Source: Pyrodictiaceae archaeon
GTDB taxonomy: Archaea; Thermoproteota; Thermoprotei_A; Sulfolobales; Pyrodictiaceae
DNA: 64,000 nucleotides
Reading direction: 5' to 3'
NCBI GenBank assembly: GCA_027036135.1
Contig: JALVSY010000016.1
Span: 128,001-192,000 of the forward strand
The notes beneath the pieces are model-generated. The model was not told where the DNA came from, made no database searches, and saw nothing but the letters and a program-made list of their open reading frames with translations. Made by a program: the position numbers and the translations under genes. Of the stretch, positions 19,862 through 29,233 are shown piece after piece. The first letter of the stretch is position 1, and each line of letters opens with the position of its first letter.

Positions 19862-20581
19862 TTAGACCCCTCTCCTTTCTCTCTCTTTGCGGATAAACTC
19901 CCTTACTCTCTCAGTTAGCCCCGTTGTATGAGCTTCTGCCTCTATCTTCTTTATTGATAATATGAGTACCTCCTCTATGTCTTTGTTAGGGCACTTTATG
20001 AGTATCCGCCCATTCTGGCCTACGAGGATCTCGCACCCAGTCTCCTTTATCAGCATATTCACCATTGAGCCCTTCTTGCCTATGACTCGTGGAACCCTGC
20101 TAGGCTTAATCTCGACAATAGAGCCCTCGGTTACTCTTCCAAGCCCCTTACCCTTGATTGTGAGAAGAGGGTCTCTCGCCCTGTCAAATGCTATGACTTT
20201 TGCTACCACATAGTCGCCTACATCAAGGTATCTCTTAAGGCTATCCGTGACTGGGTTAAAAGGTTTATCTAAGGCCTCTTGAACAGTCAATATACCCTTA
20301 TACGGCGACGATATGTCTATCTCCCAGTGCGTTAGCCCTATGTCCTCAACAAGCCCTATTACTATATCACCTGGTCGCGGGATATAGGCGCCCTCCAAGG
20401 GGATTATATTTATCTTGTACATGTCGTCTACTTGCTCAATGCTTACTAAGCCAGTTATCGTAGTGTAGAACTTTTTCCCTCTTCTCTCGATGAACAGAGA
20501 CTCTGCCTCTACATCATCTCCCTCAGCTATCAAGTCTCCTGGCACAACTATCGATCTCGGGCTCACGTGTATCTTTGCCAA
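19862..20581 (-). CDS. rrp4: Exosome RNA-binding protein Rrp4
   Basis: VVPGD, YIPRPGD, KH VPRVIGKKGSM, GQNG. Confidence 0.95.
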   Translation of the reverse strand: MAKIHVSPRSIVVPGDLIAEGDDVEAESLFIERRGKKFYTTITGLVSIEQVDDMYKINIIPLEGAYIPRPGDIVIGLVEDIGLTHWEIDISSPYKGILTVQEALDKPFNPVTDSLKRYLDVGDYVVAKVIAFDRARDPLLTIKGKGLGRVTEGSIVEIKPSRVPRVIGKKGSMVNMLIKETGCEILVGQNGRILIKCPNKDIEEVLILSIKKIEAEAHTTGLTERVREFIRKERERRGV

Positions 20582-20587
20582 GGCTTG

Positions 20588-21301
20588 CTACACCACACTT
20601 ACTACCTTTATGTCCACATTGCCCTGGGTTATTTTACTAAGTTTATCTATGACTTCTTGCTGCAAGCCAGCAGGAATCTCTAGCTCTGCTACAAGGCTCC
20701 CGTCTGTGCGCCAATTCATGTTCTTTACCTCGCCTAGCTTCGCTAGAACAGAGGAGACTCTCCCCGAGTACTCAGAGGGTACAACTATCTTTAGCAAGGC
20801 CTTAGCGAGCTTTATTGGTATAACACGGCTAATAGCTCTGATTATCTGGGGTACCTGTTCCTCGACACTTTTGTAGAGGTCTATACCTACCCTTGCCTGC
20901 TCCATTGCCGCCTCTATCCTCGCCGGAGGGATAGGGAGCTTGGTCTTAGGATCAATTGCGTTCCTAGCAATATAGTTAATGATCTGCCTCTTCTTAGCCT
21001 CTATGAGCGCGCGTCGCTGTTCAGCAGTTAGTTGGAGCTCTCCTCGGCGAACAATAATAGCAGCTATCTTGACGACATCATCTGTGCCAAATACCTTGCG
21101 GAGAAGCTCTGGAGAAGCGCGAAGCCCCTTGCGCAAATCGGTATAGACAGCGTCGCTAATAACTAGGTCCTCTAAGCTGACCTCTTTGCCCTGCTTATAA
21201 TCAAAAGCTAGATCGGGGTTAACTAGTACCTCGAAACGCTTACCAGCTATCTCGAGACGCGCAACAACTGGCTCATGCTCGCCCTTACTCTTCCGAGGCA
21301 T
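20588..21301 (-). CDS. Ribosome maturation factor SBDS/SDO1
   Basis: FEVLV, VFGTDD, GELQLT, PPARIE. Confidence 0.95.
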   Translation of the reverse strand: MPRKSKGEHEPVVARLEIAGKRFEVLVNPDLAFDYKQGKEVSLEDLVISDAVYTDLRKGLRASPELLRKVFGTDDVVKIAAIIVRRGELQLTAEQRRALIEAKKRQIINYIARNAIDPKTKLPIPPARIEAAMEQARVGIDLYKSVEEQVPQIIRAISRVIPIKLAKALLKIVVPSEYSGRVSSVLAKLGEVKNMNWRTDGSLVAELEIPAGLQQEVIDKLSKITQGNVDIKVVSVV

Positions 21302-21306
21302 ACTCG

Positions 21307-22038
21307 CTAGACACCAAGTTTTTCTAGAAGCTTCTGGAGCTCCTCTTTAGTTAATTTCCGGAACTTGCCAGTAGCCTTCTCAACTAAGCCTATCTCGAGA
21401 GTCTCAACACTAGGCTTGCCCTCCATAGCTGAGGCCACAGCCTTTATCCCGAGCAGCATTGCCTCCTCAAGGCTCATGTCGTCACGGTATTCGCGCTGCA
21501 GGACCTCTATTGCTTGTGAGCCTCCCTGGCCGAGGCCATAAGCCTTGTAGCCTATGTACTGGCCACTTGGCTCGGCGACGAAGAGCTTAGGCCCAGCCTC
21601 GTCAATACCGATTATCATCAATGTTATTCCGAAGGGCCTTACGCCTCCATGCTGTGTATATATCTGCATTAGGTCGCATATCTGCCTAGTTAGGTACTCA
21701 ACCGGTATGCGCTCACCATAGACGAACTTATACTGGATTGCTAGTTGTCTCGCATAGTCTATCAATACTCTGCCATCACTACCAAAGCCGACAAAGCCGG
21801 CCCCAATATGTTCGTCTATCATGTACACTTTCTCTAGGTGCTCTAGGTCAATAAGCGGGGATGTCTTCCTCTTCTCCGCGACAATGACCGCGCCCTCGGG
21901 AACCCTTACACCGACCATCGTCCAGCCACGCTTAGCGGCCTCCATGGCGTACTCTACTTGGAATAGCCTACCATCTGGCGAGAACATCGCGGTGGTTCTA
22001 TCATATCCCATCATAGCCGGTGGCGCCGGGAAGGACAA
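21307..22038 (-). CDS. psmA: Proteasome alpha subunit
   Basis: [28 protein letters not shown]. Confidence 0.97.
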   Translation of the reverse strand: MSFPAPPAMMGYDRTTAMFSPDGRLFQVEYAMEAAKRGWTMVGVRVPEGAVIVAEKRKTSPLIDLEHLEKVYMIDEHIGAGFVGFGSDGRVLIDYARQLAIQYKFVYGERIPVEYLTRQICDLMQIYTQHGGVRPFGITLMIIGIDEAGPKLFVAEPSGQYIGYKAYGLGQGGSQAIEVLQREYRDDMSLEEAMLLGIKAVASAMEGKPSVETLEIGLVEKATGKFRKLTKEELQKLLEKLGV

Positions 22039-22152
22039 GATAACCAGCCCCCAAGCCTAGGAATGAGGCGCGACAGTTTAAAAATAAAAGCATTTCTAGA
22101 ACCCGCCTAGGTTCAAGTATTAAACACGCTGCCAAGCATTCTTCATAGCGGA

Positions 22153-22219
22153 GCCGGTGATGACGAGTCCGAAAACAGAGACAATAGGCCGCTATGAAGA
22201 ATCTTCTCGCCCCTGAGGC
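22153..22219 (+). ncRNA. C/D-box guide sRNA (candidate; D guide likely targets 23S rRNA domain V)
   Basis: GTGATGA - 12 nt - CAGA ... ATGAAGA - ATCTTCTCGCCC - CTGA; GCC/GGC terminal stem. Confidence 0.75.
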
Positions 22220-22273
22220 ACGACAAGTTAATGAGAACCCTTCTCTTATACCATTGCATCTCGTGGGCCTCTC

Positions 22274-22346
22274 GGGTGCCACCGGGCCCCAGACACCCAC
22301 AGCCGTGGGCTGGATGAAGGGGCCTGCGCGCATCTATGTCACAATA
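22274..22346 (+). ncRNA. Candidate H/ACA guide RNA
   Basis: Lower stem GGGTGC/GCATCT, internal pocket, upper stem GGCCCC/GGGGCC capped by an AGA...GATGA K-turn, ACA 16 nt after the upper stem. Confidence 0.5.
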
Positions 22347-22357
22347 CACTACTAGTC

Positions 22358-22416
22358 GTGATGAGCGCGTCCTTCGTGCAGAGCCAAGGGCGATGAAAGT
22401 AAGGCCCCATTGCTGA
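22358..22416 (+). ncRNA. C/D-box guide sRNA (candidate)
   Basis: GTGATGA - GCGCGTCCTTCGTG - CAGA ... CGATGAA - AGTAAGGCCCCATTG - CTGA. Confidence 0.65.
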
Positions 22417-22449
22417 ACAAGTAGCTAGGGAAGAAGCAGGCTTGGTAAT

Positions 22450-23088
22450 ATGCAGAGACGTGTCTCCAGGGTACTCCGCGCCCTAAGAAAGAGCGCGAAA
22501 AAGGGTCGCCCTTGCCTCGGCATAGTTGTTATTGCTGGCTTAGCGCGCTTAACGCCCTCCGAGACTTGGGCAGCCGTGGAGGAGCTTGAGGCGAGGGGCC
22601 TAGCCCGGATAAGTGGTGATCGTGTTTGCTATACTGGCGCTCTTGATCGCGTTGAGGAGGTCTCCCTAGGCCCTCTTATTAGCCGTGTATTGGAGCGTAT
22701 TCGTTCTAGGCGCGACATAGTTCATAGCGCTGAGGTGGTTAGGGGCTCTATACCCTTTGTGGATATTGTTATCGCTAGACGTGACGGCATTGTCTTCCTC
22801 GTGCGTCTAGTGAAGCGGGAGCCACCTGAGCGCCTAGTAGCTATTGCAAGGAAGCTAGCCAAGGTAGCTAGACGTGTCGCAGGAGACAAGGAGGAGTTAC
22901 CGATAGGGCGTTTAGCCCCACGAATCATCGTACCAGTGTTAGTGAGTGAGCACGGGGCCCCAAGGATAATCGAGGGCGTAGTCTTTAAGCCTACTGAGAA
23001 GCTTTTTGAGCTCGTGCTTAACCCCTGGCCTGAGATAAATCATCCACTTACCCGAGTCTATAGAGTTCATCAGAGTTCTTCTACATAG
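22450..23088 (+). CDS. Hypothetical protein: winged-HTH plus degenerate restriction-endonuclease-like domain
   Basis: N-terminal wHTH pattern (LARLTPSETWAAVEELEARGLARI); VDIVIARRDGIVFLVRLVK. Confidence 0.5.
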   Translation: MQRRVSRVLRALRKSAKKGRPCLGIVVIAGLARLTPSETWAAVEELEARGLARISGDRVCYTGALDRVEEVSLGPLISRVLERIRSRRDIVHSAEVVRGSIPFVDIVIARRDGIVFLVRLVKREPPERLVAIARKLAKVARRVAGDKEELPIGRLAPRIIVPVLVSEHGAPRIIEGVVFKPTEKLFELVLNPWPEINHPLTRVYRVHQSSST

Positions 23089-24260
23089 TAGTCCTCAGCG
23101 GCTCTTATAGCCGTGTCTCGTATCTTCTCATACTCTGCTCGTAGGGTCTCTGGCCTAGCCCTCGTTGTTACCGGGCCGCTCCCTAGCCTACAATACTCCT
23201 TGGTCTTCGCGGCCTCTTCGTATATACCTATTCTTCTACCGATGCTAATTATTTCCTCTTTATCGAGGCCGGCAAGAGGCCTTATCAACGGGATTTTTAG
23301 GGGTACAACACGCGCCAAGGCGTAGAGGTTGTGAAGCGTCTGACTAGAGACCTGGCCAATGCTCTCCCCCGTGAATATTGCTTTGTAGCCCTGCTTCTCA
23401 GCAACCACTTCAGCAGCCTTAAACATCACAGCCCTCAGCACTACTTGGGCGTAGTCGCGCCTAACACTCGTCCTTATAGCCTCCGTAACCGCTCTGAAAT
23501 CAACTACGTAGAGCTGTGGACTGTAGCCGTGAAGCCATAGCTCTACGAGCCTCTTGCCAACACGCTTAGCATCGTTAACCGAGCGAGGAGAAGCAAGGAT
23601 AAAGTGCAGGAGATCAACCTCAATGCCACGCTTAGCAGCCATCCATGCTGCGACCGGCGAGTCAAGTCCTCCGGAGAACAGTGTTAGGGCTCTTCCCTCC
23701 ACCCCTATGGGCAAGCCACCTGGCCCGCGTCGGAACCCCTTATGGACGTATGCCTTATCCCCTCTTACCTCGACAAAGACTTCTACCTCCGGGTTCTCTA
23801 GGTCAACCCCTGCTGAGTAGTTGTAGAGGGCTGATCCGACTTCCCGGGCAACATCAAGGCTCGTGAACCCCTCGACGCCGGCGCGCTTAGCTCGTACAGC
23901 GAACTTCCTCCCCTTGACCCACTCCGCCGCCACAAGCTTAACTCTCTCAGCTAGCTCTCTGAGATCATGATACTCTATGATATATGCGATTGTTGAGCCG
24001 TGGATACCGAATGTATGTGTTGCAGCGAGAACGGCTCTCTCGAGATCATTATCACTATCACACCTACCAACTAGCCGTGCTTGTATTATAGCTGGTCTCT
24101 TGCATCTAGCCTCAAATTTCTCGAAAGCAGCTACTAGGTTCTCAACTAGTCTTACCTGGAAACGAGGCCTAACCCTATCCGACTTGAGAACTATCTCCCC
24201 GGCAAGGGCTGCATAGAAAACCTTCTCCATAAACTTCTCCGAGCATGGACGAGGTAACAC
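23070..24260 (-). CDS. thiI: tRNA 4-thiouridine sulfurtransferase (THUMP plus PP-loop)
   Basis: GEIVLKS, FAVRAKR, GGLPIG, SGGLDS, TGESIGQVSSQT. Confidence 0.92.
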   Translation of the reverse strand: MLPRPCSEKFMEKVFYAALAGEIVLKSDRVRPRFQVRLVENLVAAFEKFEARCKRPAIIQARLVGRCDSDNDLERAVLAATHTFGIHGSTIAYIIEYHDLRELAERVKLVAAEWVKGRKFAVRAKRAGVEGFTSLDVAREVGSALYNYSAGVDLENPEVEVFVEVRGDKAYVHKGFRRGPGGLPIGVEGRALTLFSGGLDSPVAAWMAAKRGIEVDLLHFILASPRSVNDAKRVGKRLVELWLHGYSPQLYVVDFRAVTEAIRTSVRRDYAQVVLRAVMFKAAEVVAEKQGYKAIFTGESIGQVSSQTLHNLYALARVVPLKIPLIRPLAGLDKEEIISIGRRIGIYEEAAKTKEYCRLGSGPVTTRARPETLRAEYEKIRDTAIRAAEDYYVEEL

Positions 24261-24282
24261 TAAGCAGGAAATAGGGGTTTCT

Positions 24283-24954
24283 TCACCGGAGCCCTACTAG
24301 CTCTATGGATTTCCTCACAACCCTTTCCACGAGATCCCTTAAAGGCTCTATATCACCGGATCGGAGAAACTCCGGTTCAATGCCCTTAGTTTGCGCAAGA
24401 TTCACTATGCTATCCACTTCCTGTCTTAGGAGAACTGGTAGGTATACCGTTACGCCACCACTTCTCCTAGCATAACTGGTTATGCCTCTACAGAGACCCT
24501 CAACATCAATATCAATAATCTTCTTCCTCGTCTTGAATATAAATGTCTTGAAGTAGATCTCTCTCCCTATTAGTGGGCGTAGAGATGCACATATAACTAA
24601 CTCGTCAAGGGCGATTGGGTCGCCGTAGAGCCTCCTGCAAGGCATAGGATCAATTATTTTGGGCTCAGTTATATTCTTTAATGCTGTCTCACTGTTATCC
24701 GTGTAGACATAGACTGTGTTCATCCATAGAACCTTCTCTGGCACGTCATTAGAGTCTACTAGCAAGTAGCTAGTATCGTGGAACAAGTAGCTCCTAGACT
24801 TTATAATCTTCTCGATTTCCTCTTTATCCATATTCCTCGCTACTGCTAGCCCACTGGCCAGTGGATGCTTTATACCGAAAACCTCGTCTAGAATCTCAAA
24901 GAGCAAACCCGGTATACGTATCGCTCCTTGGCCAAGTGCCTTAGAGAACTCCAA
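24283..24954 (-). CDS. Hypothetical protein
   Basis: 223 aa ORF co-oriented between the ThiF/MoeB gene and thiI; no recognisable motif. Confidence 0.6.
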   Translation of the reverse strand: MEFSKALGQGAIRIPGLLFEILDEVFGIKHPLASGLAVARNMDKEEIEKIIKSRSYLFHDTSYLLVDSNDVPEKVLWMNTVYVYTDNSETALKNITEPKIIDPMPCRRLYGDPIALDELVICASLRPLIGREIYFKTFIFKTRKKIIDIDVEGLCRGITSYARRSGGVTVYLPVLLRQEVDSIVNLAQTKGIEPEFLRSGDIEPLRDLVERVVRKSIELVGLR

Positions 24955-25093
24955 GCCCCCGTATCCCTATTGTTGTATATTGGTGTGTTAGTAGTGGTGT
25001 TCTTAGCTATTTTCACTAGGAAACAAGTATCTATATCTTTATTAGTGCCTGTACAGCTCTACTTAGGTTCCGAAACATTGTTACTGAAATTAT

Positions 25094-25822
25094 TTAGCAT
25101 ATACAGTTCTTGCGGGGGGTAAGCTCGAACTTAAACATCTCCATCGAGTAGGCATCTATGACGAGCATCTTGCCCTTAGCTACTTCGCCTACACCAGTCA
25201 CATACTTCACAAGCTCCGTGACAGCTATAGAGCCCACAATCCCGACGACCGAGCCTATTAGGGGAATTTGTTGAGGTGTCCTAAGCTTTGGTGGAAGCAC
25301 GCATCGTAGACAAGGAGTTTCTCCTGGTACTATTATTGTAACTTGTCCCTGGAAGCCATGTATACCTGCATATACATAAGGCTTGCCAAGTCGATAGGCG
25401 GCCTCGTCTATTAGGAACCGAGTCTCCCAGTTATCGAGACCATCAATAACTATGTCTACCTTCTTCAACAATTCCTCAACGTTTTCCCTCGTTATACCCT
25501 CTGTCACAACCTCTATCTCTACATTAGGGTTTAGTTTCCTTAGCTTCTCAGCCGCCGAGATGGGCTTCGCCTTGCCTATATCGTCCGTCCAGTGAAGTAT
25601 TTGTCGGTTAAGATTACTAAGCTCAACTATATCATTATCAACTAGGACTAGCTTACCGACGCCGACAGCTGCCAGGTAAATTGCCTCAACAGAGCCCAGG
25701 CCACCAACACCAGCAACAAGTACCTTTGTGTTCTTAAGCTTCCGCTGCCCCTCAACACCAAGTATCGGTAGTTGCCTAGCATACCTCTTCATCTCGTGGC
25801 TGGCAAGCCCGCCGCTGCCCAC
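25094..25822 (-). CDS. ThiF/MoeB/UbaA E1-like adenylyltransferase
   Basis: RYARQ, GVGGLG, SNLNRQ, DGLDN, PCLRC, C-terminal CIC. Confidence 0.92.
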   Translation of the reverse strand: MGSGGLASHEMKRYARQLPILGVEGQRKLKNTKVLVAGVGGLGSVEAIYLAAVGVGKLVLVDNDIVELSNLNRQILHWTDDIGKAKPISAAEKLRKLNPNVEIEVVTEGITRENVEELLKKVDIVIDGLDNWETRFLIDEAAYRLGKPYVYAGIHGFQGQVTIIVPGETPCLRCVLPPKLRTPQQIPLIGSVVGIVGSIAVTELVKYVTGVGEVAKGKMLVIDAYSMEMFKFELTPRKNCIC

Positions 25823-25944
25823 GAAGAATCACCAGATACCTCCCCTTTCCTCGGCTACGCTTATTCCCCGGAGGAGCCTATTATCGTTAAGCGTGCCTCT
25901 TCTCAGAGAAAGACATGGTAGTAGACATAGCCTAGTGCAGCAAT

Positions 25945-26017
25945 TAATAGGGGTCGGATCGTCGTGAGGTCTTCACAGCATAGCTCTGTCTGGGACGGCG
26001 TCGCCATCCCCCTATTA
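25945..26017 (-). ncRNA. Candidate C/D-box sRNA with 9-bp terminal stem
   Basis: Minus strand: TAATAGGGG-GATGG...CAGA...GTGAAGA-CCTCACGACGAT-CCGA-CCCCTATTA; the C box is degenerate. Confidence 0.5.
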
Positions 26018-26093
26018 GGCTCTACCGTGGCCAAGAGGCCCTTTATAGCATTTTAAGTACAAGTGACGAGGCTTATAGAACACGGTAATAGAT

Positions 26094-26813
26094 ATGAAGG
26101 AGCATTTACTAGCGCTACGGGGCCGCGACTCCGTTGGTAATGTAGTTATTCTCCCACTAGGTTCTCTCGAAAATCATGGAGTCTTACCCCTTGGCACGGA
26201 TACGCTTATAGCGAGCTGTGTCGCGGAGAGAGCTGTTCTAGACACCAGTTGCCCCAATGTGCTCGTAGCACCTGTTATCCAGTACACGGTCTCGATAGAG
26301 CATAGTATTCCCCGCGTGACAGTTGAGCCCGATACATTTACCAGGTACCTGGTAGAGGTCTCTAGGAGCCTGCTTGAATGGAGCAAGGGCTTGATACTCG
26401 CTGTTTTTCATGGGGGGGTTTATCCGGTTGCCTACATGGCTGCTAGGAAGCTACGAGCTGAGGGCTTCAACATAGCTGTTTTCGACTCATGGAGGACTGT
26501 TACTAGTTACCTAGAGAAACGTTACGACGCTGAAGTAGGGTTAATGCATGCAGACCCTGTAGAGGCTAGTCTCCTCCTTGCATGCGGCTATAGCATAGGG
26601 ATCAGAGAGGCCGGAAAAGAAGATGTCATCAATGCTCTTAAGACGAGCAAACAACGAGAACCCAAACATGCTCCATGGGTTCATAGAGATGTTCCCGACC
26701 TCTACCCCAACGAGGAGGTAATTGCCTCGAGAGAGCTCGGGAGAGAGCTTCTAGATTTTCTCGCCAAGAAGCTCGCGGATTACACGTGTAGCCTCGCCAG
26801 GCGGGACCCCTAG
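26094..26813 (+). CDS. Creatininase-family amidohydrolase (ArfB-like deformylase candidate)
   Basis: PLGSLENHGVLPLGTD, EH, HGG, HADPVEAS; adjacent to rib genes. Confidence 0.75.
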   Translation: MKEHLLALRGRDSVGNVVILPLGSLENHGVLPLGTDTLIASCVAERAVLDTSCPNVLVAPVIQYTVSIEHSIPRVTVEPDTFTRYLVEVSRSLLEWSKGLILAVFHGGVYPVAYMAARKLRAEGFNIAVFDSWRTVTSYLEKRYDAEVGLMHADPVEASLLLACGYSIGIREAGKEDVINALKTSKQREPKHAPWVHRDVPDLYPNEEVIASRELGRELLDFLAKKLADYTCSLARRDP

Positions 26814-27911
26814 TACCTTGTAGGATTGCATTCTCTTAACAATTGTCGTGACGGGATCATTGCTCCAGCTAAGCTCTGGTATGAGAGCCAGCGACGCACC
26901 CATTGCTAGAGAGTTATATTCCTTGCTCCAAAGGCCTAGGAGTCTGACACAGCTAGAAGTTATACTTAATAACAATGCCTCAGCTAGTTCCCTTGCCTTG
27001 CTCCGGGAAACAGGGTGCACGGACAAATAGGCATACGATGCCTCCTCAACCACAAATGGCGGTATCCATGCCGCGTTATCTGTTCCGAGAGCCACATTGG
27101 TCTCGGCGACTAGCGCGGGGAGGAGATCAAGTCGGGGAAGCCTACCTGTGTGATACATGTTTGAGCGAGGACAGAAGATGATACCTATACCCTCCCGGGC
27201 TACTTGCATTAACTCATCATCACTGAGCATGGTTAGATGCACAACTGCATGGGGCTTAGCCTCGAGAGCCACTTTGTAATCTTCTTTCTCGTAAAGCTCC
27301 CTGGTCTCCGATACATGGACGTGAACATATCCATAGACTCGGTGAGCAAGCTGTACGAGTTCTACTAGCTCCGGCAGTGCAAGGTCGAAGACAGTATCGA
27401 GACCAACACCTCCATATTTCTCTAAAAGCTCCCTGTATTCTGTATACACTTTCTTATTTGGTTGAGCGAGTACGCGGAGGCTTAACCCATGCTTATCGGT
27501 AACACGGGCAACAAGACCGGCTCCTACCTGGCCTAGCTCAGCATATACACCGAGAAAAAGAGTTCCGCGATTCCGTATATTGGTAGCCGCAATAGAGAGT
27601 CTTTCCTCCAAGGTATCAGGGCTTAGCCTCGATAGGAGACTATACTTTAGCCCCCTTGGTAGCTCCACTAAGTCTTCTAGGCGCCTATCCTCGCCCGTCT
27701 CAGCTATGGCATAGTCCAGTAAATGGAGATGAGCATTACACAGCCCAGGAAGAATTACTACAGGGAGCTTCCTGGCCCCGGGTGGGCACCCTGGCGAAAA
27801 ACCAGCTATGACGCCGCCGTCTATCTCTATACACGGCCTAGTGACTAGCTCTATGCTCTTATCATTCGGGTTTATAGCGTAGAGTGCTTCAAAGAACACA
27901 CGGTTACTCAA
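26751..27911 (-). CDS. Metal-dependent amidohydrolase superfamily protein
   Basis: PGLCNAHLH, HVHVSE, VVHLT, CPRSN, LGTDN. Confidence 0.85.
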   Translation of the reverse strand: MSNRVFFEALYAINPNDKSIELVTRPCIEIDGGVIAGFSPGCPPGARKLPVVILPGLCNAHLHLLDYAIAETGEDRRLEDLVELPRGLKYSLLSRLSPDTLEERLSIAATNIRNRGTLFLGVYAELGQVGAGLVARVTDKHGLSLRVLAQPNKKVYTEYRELLEKYGGVGLDTVFDLALPELVELVQLAHRVYGYVHVHVSETRELYEKEDYKVALEAKPHAVVHLTMLSDDELMQVAREGIGIIFCPRSNMYHTGRLPRLDLLPALVAETNVALGTDNAAWIPPFVVEEASYAYLSVHPVSRSKARELAEALLLSITSSCVRLLGLWSKEYNSLAMGASLALIPELSWSNDPVTTIVKRMQSYKVLGVPPGEATRVIRELLGEKI

Positions 27912-28365
27912 TGAACACTGTTTCCCCGCTGAACTTTGCTTTCTCCAATGCCTTCATGCGACGAGCCAGCTTGATCGCGGCCTCTACAGCTCTCCTAGCA
28001 TAGTCATCTACTCTCTCAAGGGCTTGCATCCTGTTCATCCCTGGCCCCGAGATTCCCAGGGTTACGGGCTTCCCGTACTTCTCGGCTAGGTCCACTAGCT
28101 TCCTGGCAACCTGGTGGGCTATGACCTCGTCGTGCTTGGTGGCGCCCGTGATAATGGCTCCTAGCGCTACGACGGCATCTACATCGTCTTTGCGCAAGAG
28201 CTTCTCGACAAGCAGTGGTATATCATATGCACCGGGAGCCTTAACTACATAGGCCACTATCGCGCCAAGGAACTTGGCATGGTTCATGGCTCGCTGAAGC
28301 ATAAGGTACGTTACGTCATAATTGAACTCAGAGACAACTATACCGAGCCTAATTACTTCTGCCAC
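27904..28365 (-). CDS. ribH: 6,7-dimethyl-8-ribityllumazine synthase
   Basis: IVVSEFN, PGAYDIP, GATKHD, PVTLGISGPG. Confidence 0.95.
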   Translation of the reverse strand: MAEVIRLGIVVSEFNYDVTYLMLQRAMNHAKFLGAIVAYVVKAPGAYDIPLLVEKLLRKDDVDAVVALGAIITGATKHDEVIAHQVARKLVDLAEKYGKPVTLGISGPGMNRMQALERVDDYARRAVEAAIKLARRMKALEKAKFSGETVFIE

Positions 28366-28423
28366 TCTTCTACCCCAAGCACATCGCCACGATATGGGCC
28401 CAAAAAGTTTACTCTAAGATCCT

Positions 28424-28876
28424 CTAGGCCGTGATGATTTCCTTAAGAAGCTTTAGAGCTTCTTGTATGGCTCGACGCGCTTCTATTGATAAACCCTCGC
28501 CTATTCCTACATCTTTAACTCCGAGTAACAAGTAGACGACCTTGCCAGTGTACGAGGATATATACCTGTGCATTAATCTAGGATTAATGTTATGAGTTGT
28601 CCAGAGGATCTGAGAAGGAGGTTCATTAATTATAGTTACGCTACCTGCCTCTACGCCTAGAGCAGCATCAACTATTATTAGAAGCTTAGGTCTTATCTCC
28701 TTTATATGATGAGTACATAGTTCAAGCCCCATAGGGCATTCAAGCACGCAACTATACCTTCTTCGCCTGAGCTCCTGTACTAGATAAAGAGCCGCTGCAT
28801 CATCCCTGCGGAGAGGCGAACCAATGCCTACTACGAGTGTCTTACACTTCCTCTGTTCTCCAAGGCTTTGGTTCAC
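28424..28876 (-). CDS. Hydrogenase maturation protease
   Basis: VVGIGSPLRRDDAA, IIVDA, TTH, GEGLS. Confidence 0.88.
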   Translation of the reverse strand: MNQSLGEQRKCKTLVVGIGSPLRRDDAAALYLVQELRRRRYSCVLECPMGLELCTHHIKEIRPKLLIIVDAALGVEAGSVTIINEPPSQILWTTHNINPRLMHRYISSYTGKVVYLLLGVKDVGIGEGLSIEARRAIQEALKLLKEIITA

Positions 28877-29225
28877 GTGGATCTCCTCTTAGTAGTGCTC
28901 TCTTAAAAACCGGCGGCGGAATCTCGTTAGAAATATTATATGCTTTCCTCGGGCATATATCAATGCAATGATAGCAGAATACGCATAGACCATAATCTAT
29001 TACTGGTATTTTCTTTTTCTTCCCCCCATATGTTATCTCTGTCATCTTTATAGCTCCTGTTGGACACTCGACAGCGCATAAGCTACAACTAATACACTTA
29101 TCTGGATTAACTATGTGTAATCCCCGATATCTTTTGGTTGGATTAGGCTTAGCTTTCACCCCATACTCTATGGTAACGGGCCTTCTTAGTAGATTTTTGA
29201 GAAGTTCACGAGCCAGTTTAAGCAC
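28842..29225 (-). CDS. NuoI-like 2x[4Fe-4S] hydrogenase subunit
   Basis: YRGLH; CISCSLCAVECP and CVFCYHCIDICP. Confidence 0.9.
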   Translation of the reverse strand: MLKLARELLKNLLRRPVTIEYGVKAKPNPTKRYRGLHIVNPDKCISCSLCAVECPTGAIKMTEITYGGKKKKIPVIDYGLCVFCYHCIDICPRKAYNISNEIPPPVFKRALLRGDPREPKPWRTEEV

Positions 29226-29233
29226 TTACACCT

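Noticed and set aside
22001-22349. Minus-strand ORFs of 110 aa and 68 aa
   Set aside because: They overlap the psmA promoter and the sRNA cluster and have no protein-like motifs
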